Below, one piece after another: positions 56,221 to 64,000 of a stretch of 64,000 nt of DNA (positions within the stretch are counted from its first letter, which is position 1; each line of letters begins with the position of its first letter). Location: NCBI GenBank assembly GCA_963718615.1, contig OY970368.1:5856001-5920000 (forward strand). Reading direction: 5' to 3'. The position numbers and the translations under genes were made by a program. Under the pieces are notes generated by a model. That model did not search any database and was not told where the DNA came from. It saw nothing but the letters and a program-made list of their open reading frames with translations. The stretch comes from an uncultured cyanobacterium. Its GTDB lineage: Bacteria > Cyanobacteriota > Cyanobacteriia > PCC-9006 > JAAUQQ01.

Positions 56221-56380
56221 TCGCGACGCACCCCTAGCAGCGAGATAGATGTAGATCCTTTATCATCTTAACAATAAGAGTTCTTTCTACTGTGCAGGCA
56301 GTTGACTTTTCCTGGGAGGGGAACGAATTTCCGGCAATGGACGACTAAAATAGAAGCACTTTTTCGTTCCAGGGATTCAT

Positions 56381-59164
56381 ATGCCGCTGCGTTTTGCCTC
56401 GTTATCCGCTCGCCCGTTTGGTGGAGTTGCCCGTCTGTTGTGGGTTCTGGTGCTAACACCCCTGGGGGCAATGGCGATCGCAACCGGTACCCCAGCCCAG
56501 GAAACCTCCCCCAGCCCAACCCTCTCCCCCAACCCCTCCAGCCGCTCCAGCAGCGATCCCAGCAAGTTACGAAAAACCGCTGAGGACCAATACGCCGAGG
56601 GACAGTTCTCCGAAGCCCTGAAAACATTGCAAACGCTCTTGGCTGAGCAACAAAAGCTGCGTCAGCCCCAACAGGAAGCCGAAACCTTAAATCTCATTGG
56701 CTTAGTTCAAGACCGGCTGCAACAGTTTGAAGCGGCTTCCATGTCCTACCAAAAAGCTTTAGAGTTGTATGGCAATCTCAAGGCGACTCAGCCAGACATT
56801 GCTAAGCAGGGGGAAGCGCGGACGCTGAATAACCTGGGGACGCTCTATGCCTCAACGGCTAAAACTCCAGAAGCCCTCGGTTTTTTGGAACGAGCCTTGG
56901 GCCTGTTTCGTGAGCTTAAAAACCGCGAAAGCGAAGCCGTGACGCTGCGGAATCTGGGCAATTTGTATTTGCGGGCCAATCGGGGAGAAGAGGCGATCGC
57001 CGCTCTGGAAAAATCCCTCGCCCTCGAAACCGAACTCAAACGCCCGGTGCCCATGGTCGAAATTCTCGATCGCCTCAGTACGCTCTATCTCAGCGCCGGA
57101 GCCCCAAGCCAATCCTTGGCAGCGCTCCAACAGGCCTATGCAATTGTTGAGCCTACACCCGATCTAGAAACTAAACTGGCGTTGCTCACACGGATTGGGC
57201 AACTGTTTGAAAGCGGGGGACGACCGGACAAATCTGTTGAAGCCTATCAAACGGCTTTAGACTTAGTGCTCAAGGCCAGCACCGATCAAATTGGCGAAGC
57301 AAAACGCCCCCTAGAAGGTCGCCTGCGCAACCGCATTGCCGAAGTGTTTGCCGATGCGGGAGAAACGGAACGGGCCTTGGCTCAGTATGAGAAAGTGTTG
57401 GCGATCGCCCAGGATCTCAAAGACCCCTTCGGCCAAGCCCAAATCCTCACCAGTATTGGTGATCTTCAGCGTCGAGTCCAAAATCTTCCGGCGGCTCGCG
57501 ATCGCTACCAGCAAGCCCTCACCCTCATTCAACCCCTCAAACGTCCGATTGCTGAAGGACGTTTGCTCAGCGGTCTTGCCGTTGTGGCCCAGGAAGAGGG
57601 CCAAGTCCCCGAGGCGCTGAAACTGGCTAAGCAGGCCCTCGCGATGCAGGAGCAACCAACAGCTAATGAGGAAGAAGCCGACCTACAGCGGGCGGGAAAA
57701 GCCGTGACGCTCAGCTTGCTAGGGGATCTCTATCGCACTCAGAATCAATATGAACCTGCCGCAGCGGCCTATCAACAAGCACTAGTGGCCCTCGGTCCCC
57801 AGGGGAACTTGCTCTTACAAGGCGAGAACTTGACCCATCTCGGTGCCATGCTAATGCAACTTAAGAAGCCCGAGGACGCGGTCAAACCGTTGCAGCAGGC
57901 GATCGCGCTCTGGGAGGCCGTAGGGCTAGAATCGGCCCAGGGAGGCGATCGCGATCCCATCGAAGCATCCTACCGGTTGCTAACGGATGCCTTTTTGCTG
58001 CAAGAGCAACCGGACCAGGCTTTGGGGGTCGTGGAACAGGGGCGATCGCGCCTCTATCGCACCTTGCTAGACCTGCGCCAACCCACCCAAGCTCCACCGA
58101 TCAAGTCGCTCAGTCTGGAACAAATCAAACAAAGCGTTACTGAACAAAAGGCAACCGCACTCATTTACGATCTTGCCCAAACGGAGCAAGCATCCTCCAG
58201 ACCCTCACAGCCCCCAAGCTTGAATGCCACAACGTTAAGAATTTGGTTAATTCAATCGGATGGTACCGTTCGGTTTACGCCCGTGGCACTGACGCCTGAC
58301 CAGGCCAAGCTCCTGAAAACCCCGCCAGCAGTCACCCGTGAGGTCCTTCAGCAACTGGCCGTCCTCTTGCTAGATCCGATCGCAGAGCAGTTGCCCAAAT
58401 CCGGTAAAACTCCGCTACTGATTCAGCCATTGCCAAGCCTACAAAATTTGCCCTGGGCTGCCCTGCCCCTGGGCCAAAAACCGTTGTTAGAGTACCAGGC
58501 GATCGCCATCATCCCCAGCCTACAAATGCTGGTGCAACCTACCCTGGCAAAAACAACCACGACGTCCAGGGGAACGGCCCTGGTGGTTGGCAATCCCCAA
58601 TTTCCCAAGGGGGCAAATCATCCCGTTGCAGCGGAAGAAGCGGAGGCGATCGCCCAACTGCTCAATACCCAAGCCTTGACCGGCAAAGCAGCGACGTTGC
58701 AGGCGATCGCACCAGCCTTATCCCAGGCCAAAATCATCCATCTGGCGGTCCCAGAACTCAAGGTTGAAGACGTGGGGGAAGCCCTGATCTTTGCTTCAGA
58801 GCAGGAGCTCAAAGGCATTACCCCTGCTGATATTTTGGCCCTCAATCTGCAAGCGGATCTGGTGACCCTCCATGGTCTCCCTGGAAATCTTGATCAACCC
58901 GCCCAAGCCCCAATGAGCATCGCCCAAGCCTTTCGCGCTGCCGGTGCAACCACCGTGATCCACGACCCAGGTCAGGCTTCAGATGAAGCAACGCGGGATA
59001 TTCTGAAAGGATTTTATACCAACCTTAAATCAGGACAAACCACCGCCGAGGCCCTACGTCAGGCCATGCTGGCGGCCCGTAATCAGTATCCAAATCCCCA
59101 GGATTGGGCTGGACTGGCGCTGATGGGATCGTTTGCCCAAACGATCGCGATGCCGCAGTCCTAA
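56381..59164 (+). CDS. Secreted TPR + CHAT-fold protein with degenerate catalytic dyad
   Basis: Signal peptide, many TPRs (EA.TL..LG..Y), LPWAAL, LVVGNP, EA.AIA, P..WAG..L.G; His/Cys motifs replaced by HLAVP and LVTLHG. Confidence 0.85.
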   Translation: MPLRFASLSARPFGGVARLLWVLVLTPLGAMAIATGTPAQETSPSPTLSPNPSSRSSSDPSKLRKTAEDQYAEGQFSEALKTLQTLLAEQQKLRQPQQEAETLNLIGLVQDRLQQFEAASMSYQKALELYGNLKATQPDIAKQGEARTLNNLGTLYASTAKTPEALGFLERALGLFRELKNRESEAVTLRNLGNLYLRANRGEEAIAALEKSLALETELKRPVPMVEILDRLSTLYLSAGAPSQSLAALQQAYAIVEPTPDLETKLALLTRIGQLFESGGRPDKSVEAYQTALDLVLKASTDQIGEAKRPLEGRLRNRIAEVFADAGETERALAQYEKVLAIAQDLKDPFGQAQILTSIGDLQRRVQNLPAARDRYQQALTLIQPLKRPIAEGRLLSGLAVVAQEEGQVPEALKLAKQALAMQEQPTANEEEADLQRAGKAVTLSLLGDLYRTQNQYEPAAAAYQQALVALGPQGNLLLQGENLTHLGAMLMQLKKPEDAVKPLQQAIALWEAVGLESAQGGDRDPIEASYRLLTDAFLLQEQPDQALGVVEQGRSRLYRTLLDLRQPTQAPPIKSLSLEQIKQSVTEQKATALIYDLAQTEQASSRPSQPPSLNATTLRIWLIQSDGTVRFTPVALTPDQAKLLKTPPAVTREVLQQLAVLLLDPIAEQLPKSGKTPLLIQPLPSLQNLPWAALPLGQKPLLEYQAIAIIPSLQMLVQPTLAKTTTTSRGTALVVGNPQFPKGANHPVAAEEAEAIAQLLNTQALTGKAATLQAIAPALSQAKIIHLAVPELKVEDVGEALIFASEQELKGITPADILALNLQADLVTLHGLPGNLDQPAQAPMSIAQAFRAAGATTVIHDPGQASDEATRDILKGFYTNLKSGQTTAEALRQAMLAARNQYPNPQDWAGLALMGSFAQTIAMPQS

Positions 59165-59194
59165 CGGCGATATTCCTAACAGCAATCCCGGTCC

Positions 59195-60169
59195 TTAGGG
59201 TTTTGAAGCTTCGTACTGTTCATAGGCCGCCACGATTTGTTGGACTAGCGGATGGCGAACCACGTCGGCCTGGGTAAACGAGCAAAAGGCAATGCCTTCG
59301 ACATGGCGCAAAATCCGATGGGCCACGGCCAGACCCGAAGTTTGGTGCTCCGCCAAATCCGTTTGCGTTAGGTCTCCGGTGACCACCATGCGCGACTTAA
59401 AGCCCAAGCGGGTCAACACCATCTTCATTTGGGCAGGTGTCGTGTTTTGGGCTTCATCCAGGATCACAAAGGCATTGTTGAGCGTGCGTCCCCGCATGTA
59501 GGCCAGCGGAGCGACTTCAATGATGCCGCGCTCCATCAAGTTGGCAATCTTTTCTGGGTCCACAATCTCATAGAGCGCATCGTAAAGCGGGCGCAGATAG
59601 GGATTCACCTTTTGCTGCAAATCCCCCGGCAAAAAGCCTAGCCGCTCCCCCGCTTCCACCGCAGGACGGGTCAGGATGAGCCGTTCGTACTCCCCCTCCA
59701 TCAAGGATTGAATGCCCAGAATCGCCGCTAAATAGGTTTTGCCCGTGCCTGCAGGCCCCACACAGACCGTTAGGGCATGGCTGCGGATGGCCTTGAGATA
59801 GCGTCGCTGATGGAAAGTTTTGGCTCGGACCGCTTCTCCCCGACGGGTGCGGGCGATCGCATCTTGCCGCAGGGCTTTCAGCTCATCCTGCTGTTCGGTA
59901 TCAATGGCGTGCCGAGCAGTCAGAATGTCAACGGGCGTGACTAATGTACCGACTTCCCAGAGCGCCGATAGCGCCGTCAGTAATTTCTGGGTCAGTTCAA
60001 CCTGGCTCGGGGTTCCGGCCATGTGAAGGGATTGACCTCGCAGAACCAACTTTGCCCCCGTTTGTCGGGAAAGTAGCTTGAGGGTTTCTTCCTGTTCACC
60101 GGCTAGGGCGATCGCACTTTCAATCGTGGGCAGTTCTAGAACAGCAGTTTCGGGATTGCTCTGAGCCAT
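59195..60169 (-). CDS. phoH: PhoH-like ATPase
   Basis: GPAGTGKT, RPAVEAGE.LGFLPG, APLAYMRGRT, DEAQN, DVVRHPLV. Confidence 0.95.
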   Translation of the reverse strand: MAQSNPETAVLELPTIESAIALAGEQEETLKLLSRQTGAKLVLRGQSLHMAGTPSQVELTQKLLTALSALWEVGTLVTPVDILTARHAIDTEQQDELKALRQDAIARTRRGEAVRAKTFHQRRYLKAIRSHALTVCVGPAGTGKTYLAAILGIQSLMEGEYERLILTRPAVEAGERLGFLPGDLQQKVNPYLRPLYDALYEIVDPEKIANLMERGIIEVAPLAYMRGRTLNNAFVILDEAQNTTPAQMKMVLTRLGFKSRMVVTGDLTQTDLAEHQTSGLAVAHRILRHVEGIAFCSFTQADVVRHPLVQQIVAAYEQYEASKP

Positions 60170-60177
60170 GGTGGGGA

Positions 60178-60564
60178 TCAACCGTCACGACGGCGAGGCT
60201 TGGGAGGTGCGATCGAGCGGCGAGGGCGATCCTCTGGCTGCTGCCGAGGTGCTCGATCGGCAGAGGCTTCGTCCTCATGGAGGTCACCGTGATGGTCGCC
60301 ATGGTGCTCACCCCCGAAGATTTCCAGGGTGATGTGCTGGGAAGCATTTTGGGCCGCAGCTTGTAGGATGGCACGGACAGCCCGAATATTGCGTCCGCCT
60401 CGACCGAAGAAACGACCGCGATCGGCATCTCCCTCCAGAGCAATCCGCACCCACACCCTTGTGCCACCCCCTAGGATTTCACAGCTAACTTTGAGGTGAT
60501 CCGCAGAGCCCACCAGGGGCTCCATCAGAAACCGGGTGAGCTGAATATAGTTGGGAGAAGCCAT
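60178..60564 (-). CDS. khpA: KH-domain RNA-binding protein
   Basis: Y..L.RFL.EPL, DRGRFFGRGGRNIRA; follows rpsP. Confidence 0.85.
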   Translation of the reverse strand: MASPNYIQLTRFLMEPLVGSADHLKVSCEILGGGTRVWVRIALEGDADRGRFFGRGGRNIRAVRAILQAAAQNASQHITLEIFGGEHHGDHHGDLHEDEASADRAPRQQPEDRPRRSIAPPKPRRRDG

Positions 60565-60570
60565 GGATAA

Positions 60571-60819
60571 TTAGGAGTTGACCTGTTCAAACACGTTTGC
60601 TTTGGTCAAAATCTTACGCACGGTATCGGAAGGCTGAGCCCCTTGCTTCAGGCGGGTGACGATGGCGGGAACGTCAAGGCGAGTTTCGTCGGTGCGGGGA
60701 TTGTAAAAGCCCAGTTCTTCAATGGGGCGACCATCCCGGCGGGAGGTGCTGTTGGTGACCACCAGGCGGTAGCTGGCCTCGCGCTTTTTACCAAATCGCT
60801 TGAGTCGGATTTTGAGCAT
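60571..60819 (-). CDS. rpsP: 30S ribosomal protein S16
   Basis: [17 protein letters not shown]...[16 protein letters not shown]...GAQPS.TV. Confidence 0.98.
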   Translation of the reverse strand: MLKIRLKRFGKKREASYRLVVTNSTSRRDGRPIEELGFYNPRTDETRLDVPAIVTRLKQGAQPSDTVRKILTKANVFEQVNS

Positions 60820-61135
60820 GGTCTTTCGGAGTTCGCTATCTTCTTAGGGTATTCGGAGCTGGAAAGGTTCGCGTTCTCAGCGTTTTTCTCAGCGTTTTTC
60901 GGGGCTTGCTTGGCGGCTAGAGGGTGTTTTGCCAGATCAATCCGTCAGTCACCGCGATGGCCACCAAATATGAAATGGTAGCACAGGATGCAGCCTTAGC
61001 CCAAGGCCACGTTCCCAACTGTTTGACAACGCCGTAACAATCACGCTTTTGTGACAATCACGCTTGCCAAGGCTAGAAACGCAGCTCCCTGCCAAGGTTT
61101 TCTCAGTTTAGCGTTTCCAGTTTAGTGTTGATGGC

Positions 61136-61678
61136 TCAAAACCCTGATCGCTGATGGGCGATCGCAATCATCCCATCCACCGTCAAATCATCAAAAATGT
61201 CCAATGTGGGTAAACGATCCGAGCCAGCATAAATTCTAGGCAGTTCTGCTCCCTGCCAAACCCAAATTTGCTGTTGCTGAATATCGATTAACCAAGCGAG
61301 TTTTGTGCCGTTGCCCAAGCAATGGAGAATCTTGTTTTGCAAATCCAAGGTGCTCTGCCCCGGTGATCGAATTTCAATCATCCAATCTGGTGCCTCTGGA
61401 AACGGGCCATCCTCTTGGGGTAATCGCTCAACCGCAATGACTACAATATCTGGAACCGGTGAAAGGGGCGGAACAATACAGCGTAGCTCCTGAATTGCCT
61501 CGTATTCGTCTGTTTGGCTATTAATCAGATTGACGAAATCACGCTGCAAACGGGAGTGAAATAACGTTGGCATTGGTTTTTGCTGCGATCGCCCATCAAT
61601 AAATTCCCAAGCCGGAGAACTTTCAATGTAGTCCTCCTTGAGAAATTCAGTCAGTGCACTAGTGGTCACGGATAGCAT
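61136..61678 (-). CDS. Uma2 family endonuclease
   Basis: E..PA.E.IDG...QKPMP...HS.LQ, ELRC, VPDI, PDW.IEI.SP.Q, G..L.WLID. Confidence 0.9.
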   Translation of the reverse strand: MLSVTTSALTEFLKEDYIESSPAWEFIDGRSQQKPMPTLFHSRLQRDFVNLINSQTDEYEAIQELRCIVPPLSPVPDIVVIAVERLPQEDGPFPEAPDWMIEIRSPGQSTLDLQNKILHCLGNGTKLAWLIDIQQQQIWVWQGAELPRIYAGSDRLPTLDIFDDLTVDGMIAIAHQRSGF

Positions 61679-61726
61679 GGCGTTACTCCCTCAACCCAGA
61701 ACTATGCAATACAACGCTCCAAAGCA

Positions 61727-63208
61727 TCACAACTCTCCAAAGCCCTTTTTCTTCTTATTTTTGTTCTTATTTTTCTTCGATGCACCGCCTTGCCCGCGCC
61801 AACCGGGCTGAGGCTGACCCCCGCCAAACATGCCGCCCATACCGGGCATGCCACCGCCCATACCGGGCATTCCCATACCGGGCATGCCGCCCATCCCTGG
61901 AATGCCACCGCCCATGCCCATTTGCTGCATCATCGACCGCATGCGCTGAAAGTTGCGAATCAGGTCGCTGACTTCCTTCTCGGGGTGGCCCGAGCCCTTG
62001 GCGATGCGGCGGCGGCGACTGGGGGAATTAGACAGTAAATCTGGGTTCTTGCGTTCCTCAGCGGTCATGGACCCGATCATGGCTTCGACGCGCTTGAGCT
62101 GAACTTCGCCCTTTTCGAGCATGTCCGTGGGAATTTTGTTCATCCCCGGAATCATTTTCATAATGCTGCCCAGGGAGCCCATGTTTTTGAGCAGGCGCAT
62201 CTGCTTGACGAAGTCCGTGAAGTCGAACTGAGCCGTGAGGATTTTCTCCTGCATTTTCTCAGCGTCGGCCAGGTCGAATTCTTCCTGGGCTTTCTCGACG
62301 AGGGTGAGAACATCGCCCATGCCGAGGATGCGGGAGGCCATGCGATCGGGGAAGAAGGGCTGGAGGGCCTCGACTTTTTCGCCAACGCCGATGAATTTGA
62401 TCGGCTGACCGGAAATTTGCCGCACGGACAGCGCCGCACCCCCTCGGGCATCACCGTCCATTTTGGTGAGAATTGCGCCGGTAATGCCGATTTTTTCGTG
62501 GAAGGAGCGGGTGAGGTTCGCTGCTTCTTGGCCGGTCATCGCATCGACAACCAGCAGCACTTCGTCGGGATTGATGGCCGCTTTGATCTGGGCCAGTTCG
62601 TCCATGAGGTTTTCGTCGATTTGCAGACGACCAGCGGTGTCTACGATGACGGTGTCAATGCCGTCAGCCTTGGCTTTTTCGACGCCTTGGCGGGCAATCT
62701 CGACGGGGTTGGCGTCGCTCCCGAGTTCAAAGACCGGAACGTTGATTTGTTTGCCCAGGGTGATGAGCTGATCAATGGCTGCCGGTCGGTAAACGTCGGT
62801 GGCAACCATCAGGGTTGAGCGTTCTTCCTTACGCAGATGTAGGGCGAGTTTGGCCGTCGCGGTCGTTTTACCCGTCCCCTGCAATCCGGCCATCAGGACG
62901 ACGGTGGGTCCGTTGCCATCCCGATGGGCTAGGGGAGCGTTGCTGTCGCCCATGAGGCGCACGAGTTCTTCGTGGACGACTTGGACAAATTTCTGTTCGG
63001 GCTTAATGCCCTTGATGACTTCGACGCCCTGGGCTTTTTCTTTGACTTCAGCGACAAATTCCTTGACGACTTCAAGATTGACGTCCGCTTCCAGGAGTGC
63101 CCGCCGTACTTCGCGGAGGGCCTCTTGAATGTTGGAGTCGGTGATTTTGTCCTGGCCGCGCAGCTTAACCCAGGCTTGCTCCAGACGTTCGGAAAGGGCG
63201 TCAAACAT
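61727..63208 (-). CDS. ffh: Signal recognition particle protein
   Basis: ALLEADV, GLQGTGKTT, DTAGR, TKMDGDARGG, M domain, GM-rich tail. Confidence 0.98.
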   Translation of the reverse strand: MFDALSERLEQAWVKLRGQDKITDSNIQEALREVRRALLEADVNLEVVKEFVAEVKEKAQGVEVIKGIKPEQKFVQVVHEELVRLMGDSNAPLAHRDGNGPTVVLMAGLQGTGKTTATAKLALHLRKEERSTLMVATDVYRPAAIDQLITLGKQINVPVFELGSDANPVEIARQGVEKAKADGIDTVIVDTAGRLQIDENLMDELAQIKAAINPDEVLLVVDAMTGQEAANLTRSFHEKIGITGAILTKMDGDARGGAALSVRQISGQPIKFIGVGEKVEALQPFFPDRMASRILGMGDVLTLVEKAQEEFDLADAEKMQEKILTAQFDFTDFVKQMRLLKNMGSLGSIMKMIPGMNKIPTDMLEKGEVQLKRVEAMIGSMTAEERKNPDLLSNSPSRRRRIAKGSGHPEKEVSDLIRNFQRMRSMMQQMGMGGGIPGMGGMPGMGMPGMGGGMPGMGGMFGGGQPQPGWRGQGGASKKNKNKNKKKKGFGEL

Positions 63209-63421
63209 TGCTGAATTCTGATCGAAATGAAGGACAAGAGTGCTTTAGATCTCTTGTCCATTCTAAGCCGGGGACACCCTCCCCAGGGAGGGTCAACGTT
63301 TTGTGATACAAAATACCAGCTTTGTCGTCGCGAGAGGGCTGCAAAAAATTAAGATGCTAGCAGGGGATTTATCCGTCTCCTACCCCTAACCCTTTCGCAT
63401 CGGTCCCCAGAGGAACGTTCC

Positions 63422-64000
63422 ATGAAGTTGGCTGCCCGCATTCAGCAAGTGTCCCCCTCCATGACCTTGGAAATTGCCGCCAAGGCTAAATCCATGCAGG
63501 CCGAGGGCTTAGATGTCTGTAGTTTTAGTGCGGGGGAGCCGGATTTTGGCACGCCGGAGCATATTAAAAATGCGGCCAAAGCGGCGCTGGATGCGGGGAA
63601 AACCGGCTATGGTCCGGCGGCGGGGGAACCGAAACTGCGGGAGGCGATCGCCCAAAAACTCCGCACCGACAACCAACTCGACTACACCGCCCAAAACGTC
63701 ACCGTCACCAACGGCGGTAAGCAATCCCTCTATAACCTCATGCAGGTCTTACTCGACCCCGGCGATGAGGTGATTATTCCTTCCCCTTTCTGGCTGAGCT
63801 ATCCCGAAATGGTCAAGCTAGCGGACGGAGTACCGGTGATCGTTTCCACGACCGCTGAGCAAGGGTTTCGCATGTCTCCGGCCCAGCTCGAAGCCGCGAT
63901 TACGCCGAAGACCCGGCTGGTGATTCTCAATTCTCCCTCCAACCCGACGGGGATGGTCTATTCACCCGACGAAATCCGGGCCTTGGCCAAGGTCATTGTC
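63422..64000 (+). CDS. aspC: PLP-dependent aspartate aminotransferase (3' end outside window)
   Basis: Not in the ORF track because it has no stop. Translated by eye: [38 protein letters not shown]...[35 protein letters not shown]. Confidence 0.92.
   Translation, partial: MKLAARIQQVSPSMTLEIAAKAKSMQAEGLDVCSFSAGEPDFGTPEHIKNAAKAALDAGKTGYGPAAGEPKLREAIAQKLRTDNQLDYTAQNVTVTNGGKQSLYNLMQVLLDPGDEVIIPSPFWLSYPEMVKLADGVPVIVSTTAEQGFRMSPAQLEAAITPKTRLVILNSPSNPTGMVYSPDEIRALAKVIV

Noticed and set aside
61820-61920. Repeats in the ffh 3' end and in the rbp linker (1790-1890)
   Set aside because: They encode ordinary Gly/Met- or Gly/Ser-rich low-complexity protein tails and are not independent DNA elements.
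63303-63316. NtcA-like site GTG-N8-TAC upstream of aspC
   Set aside because: Imperfect match, and no -10 element at the usual ~22-nt distance.
1-64000. Complete DGR cassette (RT, Avd, template repeat)
   Set aside because: No reverse transcriptase motif and no second copy of the 28640-28820 sequence were found by eye in this window.

Overview
Cyanobacterial chromosomal window. The HIP1 octamer GCGATCGC is frequent, and crtB, rbp, ktrAB, shc, recN, phoH-khpA-rpsP, ffh and aspC are of cyanobacterial type. Core genes are interleaved with accessory blocks. (1) A bacterial CrtI-type phytoene desaturase lies divergent from crtB, and a decayed C-terminal remnant of the usual cyanobacterial crtP is still readable between them. 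(2) A PruR-like (degenerate sulfite-oxidase-fold) lipoprotein and a hybrid histidine kinase are separated by a 14-bp tandem array. (3) An EACC1-like adaptor precedes a caspase-GUN4 gene whose 3' end has an 84-nt stretch with only 2 adenines, resembling a diversity-generating retroelement (DGR) variable region. (4) A ~13-kb AT-richer island carries a tightly coupled operon: PqqD/RRE protein with a leader/core-like tail, HPr-type kinase, three glycosyltransferase genes, SDR, ABC exporter and two nucleotidyltransferases (one degenerate). It has no lasso cyclase or peptidase, and a radical SAM gene and another GT2 lie alongside; it is a candidate undescribed phospho-/glyco-peptide modification system. 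(5) An HTH-NACHT NTPase, an intact secreted CHAT protease, a catalytically dead TPR-CHAT and a truncated sigma-like gene. No rRNA, tRNA, CRISPR array or intact transposase was seen. All family calls come from motif recognition by eye; no database search was run.
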